From Klebsormidium nitens (lineage: Eukaryota; Plantae; Klebsormidiophyceae): a stretch of 64,000 nt of DNA. The DNA is taken from assembly GCA_000708835.1 (NCBI GenBank), contig DF237051.1, positions 139,037 through 203,036 of the forward strand, in the 5' to 3' direction. Under the pieces are notes generated by a model that worked only from the letters and a program-made list of their open reading frames with translations, was not told where the DNA came from and did not search any database. Below, piece after piece: positions 58,591 to 64,000 of the stretch (positions are counted from its first letter, which is position 1; each line of letters starts with the position of its first letter). The position numbers and the translations under genes were made by a program.

Positions 58591-61500
58591 ATGCAGGGCC
58601 AATTTGCGCCGGGGCCCGGCGCCCCAGTCCAGCAGCCTGCACAACAGGCAAGTGGCAAACCTTTGCGTGTTGGATGAAGGAATGTTGCATTGTGTTGCTT
58701 GAAGCGGTCATCCGTTGCTTGACTCCTTGACAATCATATGGACCCTGGCTGCATAGTGCCGCTGTTATCTGGCATTTGGATGCACATTCCAAAGCGGGGC
58801 TTAATTGCTTCCCTTGTCCCGAGAGAGCCTCTCTTTACATGAATGCCACCTGACAATGCCGCCCAAAGTTGGTAATGGTCGATTGACTGATCTTCAGTGC
58901 TCATGCTTTGCCCTTGAAACAATCCGCCCATCTGCTTGTGTCCATAAGCAAGTGGCGCTCAGCACTCTGTTCTTTTCCCAGCATTCTGCATGCCACCAGC
59001 ACAGTAACACAACCTTTTTGATCCACATTCGTGTATTTGCGGGTTCATAGATTGTAGTACATTTGCATGCCATCCTCAATCGCGCATTCTTGACCAGTGC
59101 ATGATCCCTCAGAAATTTGCAGGCTGGGGCAGTGGCAAATTCAGTTTGACTGCCATTTAACAACAGATTGACTAGCCTTTTCCCAGAGCTTTTGCTCCTA
59201 TCATGCTCGATAATTGTCTACCATCAGGATTTTTGATTAGTCGCCGTTGGTTCTGATCCTGACAATGTGCTCCATGACAGGGGCCAATGGACCTTCCTTC
59301 CGGCAATCTTCCAGCTGGGTTTGATGCGAGCGACTGCAAAAGCGTGTAAGTACATTGCAAGCGCTGTGGAAGGCCTTAATGAGCAGGATCAGAAATTCAA
59401 CAGGCTGAGTCATCTTTATAATGTTAGGCCAAGCAGTGAATGGAGCGATTGGTGTGCGTCATGATACGACATTGAATGAGAGCAGCATTTTGGGCAAGTA
59501 CTAATGCACATTGCATAAATTGCAAGCAAGCCCCCTCTGTTTCTGCTTGTAATGTTGACTAGATTTAGATTCTAGTTAGTGAAGAGGGATTAGCATCCGC
59601 CTTTACCCTTCGTAGGCAGACGGTGCTCCATTTACTATGGCATATTGGGTTCCTTGCTCGATCAATGCTGCGAATCCCATTCACTAACCAGCGTTTTGTC
59701 AAGCGATTGGCTAGAGTGAAGATGGCTTCCAATTCATTGCTGTTCAGATTCAGTCAGCATTGGCCCCGTTGGTTTCGTGGATCTACTAGGCGCTAGGCGC
59801 CAAGAAGGATTGCGAAAGAAAACGGCTCGCAGTAGATTGGTTCATCCGTCAACCTTTCTCTGCAGGTATGTTGGCAACATCAACCTGAATGTAACTGAGC
59901 AGCTCTTGGCAGAGGTCTTCTCCACGTGTGGGAGCCTGTCAAACTGCAAGCTCATAAAGAAGGAGAAGGTGAGGTGCATAAGACAGTGTGCAATGCAGCT
60001 TTTCGTTCTTGCTAGCATTGGCTGTTCCCAGCTAATGTCAGTGTTAGGTTGAAGTCACAGAAGTAGGTTAGGAAAATGCAATTAGCAGCTTGGGGTCCCT
60101 TTCTTGGGGCGAGGTCATAGACTCTTCTAGCTTTGACTTTGAGCCACCGAGGGTTTCTCCCAGCAAGGTAGGTGAAGAAGCAGGCTTCGGAGGAACATTC
60201 TTTAATGCTGTCCGTTGCACATATATTTCGCATGTTTTTCCTCTTGCACATGCATTTGCTCCTTTTCTTTGCATTGCCTCTAGCACTTCTTCATTACTAA
60301 CTCGCTTTTCTCTTGTGCTCTTTTTCCCATGTGCTCCTTATTCTCATTTTCTTCCCCTTGTGGAGTTCAGTCTTCTTTCGGGTTTGTCGACTTTTTCGAC
60401 CACCGTTCCGCAGCCCAGGCTTTGCTCACACTGAACGGAAGGATCTTGTGAGTACTCAGTTCGGACACTCTCAGACACCCATCGGACACCCTCGGAAAAG
60501 GGACTGTAGACAGGAGGGGGCTTCTCTACTGATTGCTTTCTTCGATTTTCTTGAGCATCCCCTCATGTTTCTTCGATAGCTTATGTACACATTGGTTCAT
60601 TGCTTCCTTTGACGCAATGCATTTTGAGATCTGTGCATAGGACTCTGTCAGATCTGCAACATTGCACTCATATTGTTTCTTGTCTGCTGCGCACGCATAG
60701 CTCATGTGTGTAGGAACCCGCGAACAACCAAGTCTGCAGGTGGCTTTCATTCTGAAGCATTCAACATCCGCATTTTTGCAGGATGGGAGACCCCATCAAA
60801 GTCAATTGGGCATTCCAGAGCAACAAGCGAGAGGATACATCTAGTAAGGCCCCTCCTCACTCACCTTCTGCACATATACTTCAATCTTCAGCCTTTGCAA
60901 TCTGGTGATAGGCACGAGCTAAGATTCGCAGGGTCGATTTACTTTGGTGGGAGTCTAGGGGCTTGTCGTTCGACAGGTTTTGCTAGTTCTCTCCGATCTG
61001 TACATTGTTAGATGCTTTGGACCCATTCTGAGACATTGTTCTCACTTTTGCTCTACAGGTCACCACAGCCTATTTGTGGGTGACCTCTCTCCGGAGATCA
61101 CCGATGCAATTCTCCACAAGGCTTTCAGTGTGTACCCCAGCATCTCGTGAGCGTCACCTTCAAATTGCTCAAAAGCTCGCTTTGGCTCTCTGTTCTGCTC
61201 ACATTGCTGAGTTCTGGCCCTCATTAAGGGGCTGTGGATCTGGAAGACTTGGTTGTCTCTGTTTCTTGCTGGATATCAGTGCAAGCGGATTGCATTGCCC
61301 AATGCTTGTGTGTACCCAAAATGGACTATGATGAGTTGTGATGTGTGGCTTGCTGTGAGGAACGCTAATGTTTGGCGTAGCTATACAAGCTTATGTTCTG
61401 CTGAGCCGCCCTTGGGGAAACTGGTTTGGAGAAACTGGTTTGTGGCATTGTAAATGCCAAGATGAATCCGACTTTGGGTGGCTGGATCAGTTCTGATTTC

Positions 61501-64000
61501 ACCACTGAGCGCTTTCTTCCGAGTGAGGCAGGCCACGATGTTAGTTACAAAGTCTGGTCAATACACTATCCTTTCTGCTCACAGGCACTTCTGTCGTTGG
61601 TAGGCCGTTGATCCTTCTTGTGGCTCCGTATTCTTTGCAGGGATGCCCGAGTGATGTGGGACCAGGCGTCAGGCAGGTCAAGGGGCTTTGGGTTTGTTTC
61701 TTTCCGGGATCAGGCGGTAAGTTGCAAAGTCGCTTGAAGGTGTCCATTTCATCAGCAGTGCGGAATGATGGACGTTGAAACGGCTGTCCTTTCCCAACAA
61801 GCGTTTTCCAAAAAGCAGCATGGCAGAATGATTTTGTAAGTGAGCTCAAGGAGGAGTGTTCTGTCAGCAATCATGCACTGTTTTGCCCAGTAGTCGTCCA
61901 TCTCTGGTTCTAAAGTTGCTTTTCTTTCATTTTGAAGTTCTCTCTAGCGGTCATGCAGGATTCGAGAGTTTCAAACTTCCTGTAAACTCAGCCATTGACA
62001 CAACATCATTGCAGGATGCCGAACGGGCTCTCACCGAGATGAGCGGCCAAATGCTGGGGTCCCGCCAGATCCGTTGCAATTGGGCAACGCGCCAAAATGC
62101 GCCCCATGGGGGCGGCGGCGGTGGTTTTGGGGGGGGTGGTGGGTTCGGAGGTGGCGGTGCAGTCGGAGGTGAGGGCTTGGGAGTTGCGTTACCAAAGCTA
62201 AAAGAGTTGCTCTCATGATACTGTCCTTCACTCTTCTCCTCTGTTGTACCTGTGGAGTTCGCTCTTTGTCTCTTCGCTGCGATTTGGAATTCTCCATCAT
62301 TCGTGGCTTGGTCCGCTTATGGTACTCGTTCTCTTTCAATCCCCTTCTCTTCGTTGTTTCCTTGTGGTCTCAGGAAGCCCGCACTCTCGACATCTTGAAG
62401 GGCTGTCTGGAAAACATTTTCTAGAATGTGTTCGTTGTTAGTGCTTGGTATCCGTCGCAGGGCAAGCCAGTTGGTGAAGTGGTCAATGGTGTGAGAGTAA
62501 TCGCATTTTACAAGGCGCTCATCCTCCTTTCTCCAACCTCGCAGGTTTTGCCCAAGCAGTGTCCGGGGGTTTCGGGATGGGGGGCAACCAAGGCCCAGCC
62601 TTCGGCCAGCAGCCGGGCTTCGGAGCGCCTGGGGGCTTCCCCCAGGGGGCCCCCGATGGTGGCGGGCAGTTTGGACAATTCCCTGGCCAGGTCAGGGTTA
62701 CAAAACGTCCTGGGCAGCCTTTTCTGTCCAGGTTGTCTCATTTCCTGATCGCCAGCCAGTCTCGCTTCTGTTCGTCGGTACTCAGTGTTGGCACGGCTTT
62801 GGTACCGTGTTCAAATGATGCTTCGACGGTACTCAGCTTCAGCACGAGCTGAGCGCTGCATCCGAAAATTTGGACGGCTTATAATGCATTCCGAGCAGTC
62901 ACGATATTGTGCGATTTGACAGCTCGTCATGTAGACGGAATCGTCCCAATCTGCTCGACATTGTCCAACAGACGGGGCTTTTGAATCTTTCGTTTCTATT
63001 TTGTGATAAGGTCGGCTTCTCAATGGCCTACACCCGGCTGTACATGGGCTCTTAACCAGTGGGTTTAAATCGTGTGACCAGGCCGACTTTTCAATTGCCA
63101 ACCTTGCCGTACACAGACTCTTAACCAGTGGGTTTCTTGTCTTATGACCAGGTCGGCTTCCCGATGGCCGACACCTCGCAGTACACGACGGCGTACATTG
63201 GAAACCTGGCGCAGGAGGTCACGCTGACGGAGCTCCATCGGCAGTTCCATGCGCTGAACGTGGGCGTCATCGTAGACGTCAAGATCAACCGGGAGAAGGG
63301 CTTTGGATTTGTCAGGTGCGGCTGTTTCCCCCGCTTCCATTACCTGCTTTGCTGAAGACTATTTCTGCTCGTCGATCGTTGCCATGTTTGTGGGAATGAA
63401 AGCCGGTTTGTGGAATGCCATCTGCGTTCTCGGTTGTGTATTCATTTGGTCCTGGTGGGTAGCTGGTTTTCCTGTGCGTCTCCTCTTCAAGTGAACAGGA
63501 CTTTGGCGTCAGCCTTGCCCGTTTTTTCTGTTTGGATGGGTGGCTGCTTCTTCCGAGTCCCTTTTCTTTGCCGCACCTGGTTAGTCCGAAGTCCATTCTA
63601 TGTGTGACATCCGGCTCGCGTTCTTCTCATTGTCACATCTACTGTACAATCTCTGTCTTGGTTCCGTCCTGCTGTTGAAGCAGGCACGTAATCGGACGCT
63701 GAAACAAACTGCATCTTTGCGCAAGGTGTCTTGCGTCTCGATTCTTCTTCCTCACGCTACCTAGCCTTTTCCGAGTCCAAGCTCCGACCTTCCGCGCTTC
63801 TAACAGATTCGAGAAAGAGTTGTTCTCCCTCTTCAGCTGACCCATTTTGTAGGAACCTTCTTTTTGCAGCAAAAGAGACGAAATGAAAAACTAAAATCCC
63901 CCTTCGTTATCCTCCAGATATCAAACCCACGAGGAAGCGGCTCTTGCTATTAACGCCAGCAACGGGCTCATCATCTGCGGCAAGCCGATCCGCGTCTCCT
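58591..64000 (+). CDS. UBP1: Oligouridylate-binding protein UBP1 / TIA-1-like three-RRM protein (3' end beyond the window)
   Basis: Exons give [18 protein letters not shown]|YVGNI (the UBP1 signature), [86 protein letters not shown]|[11 protein letters not shown]. Confidence 0.92.

Noticed and set aside
1-64000. rRNA, tRNA or autonomous TE (RT/transposase) genes
   Set aside because: None recognised by eye. tRNAscan-SE, Infernal and RepeatMasker would be needed to exclude them.

Overview
Eukaryotic, intron-rich, roughly 50-55% GC genomic DNA with plant-type genes, most consistent with a streptophyte (charophyte) green alga such as Klebsormidium. The organism is inferred, not verified. Spliced genes I could reconstruct by hand: sterol C5-desaturase STE1/DWF7 (+, 153-4118), ornithine decarboxylase (-, 9438-13843), an unknown disordered/coiled-coil protein (+, 14920-18610), FANCM helicase (-, 35071-51654), a C2-hydrophobic helix-LysM protein (-, 53329-57895) and a UBP1/TIA-1-like three-RRM protein (+, 58591 to beyond the window end). 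Accessory content: an intronless F-box plus Trp-type LRR gene with a frameshift (5635-7853), and a tandem birth-and-death array of five F-box-like genes (20702-30351) whose spacers hide a second, decayed spliced coding sequence. There is also a pair of small Cys-rich genes, one split by a 777-bp non-autonomous DNA transposon (CACAG TIRs, 3-bp CTG TSD, palindromic subterminal repeats). The most interesting signals are (1) triplicated AUU-in-Kozak upstream ORFs in the ODC leader, reminiscent of polyamine-sensing uORFs; (2) the C2-TM-LysM architecture; (3) the CACAG element, whose in-silico excision restores a reading frame; and (4) degenerate copies of splice junctions ('junction echoes') in introns of four unrelated genes. 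No rRNA, tRNA or CRISPR array was recognised. All coordinates were counted by hand and may be off by a few bases.
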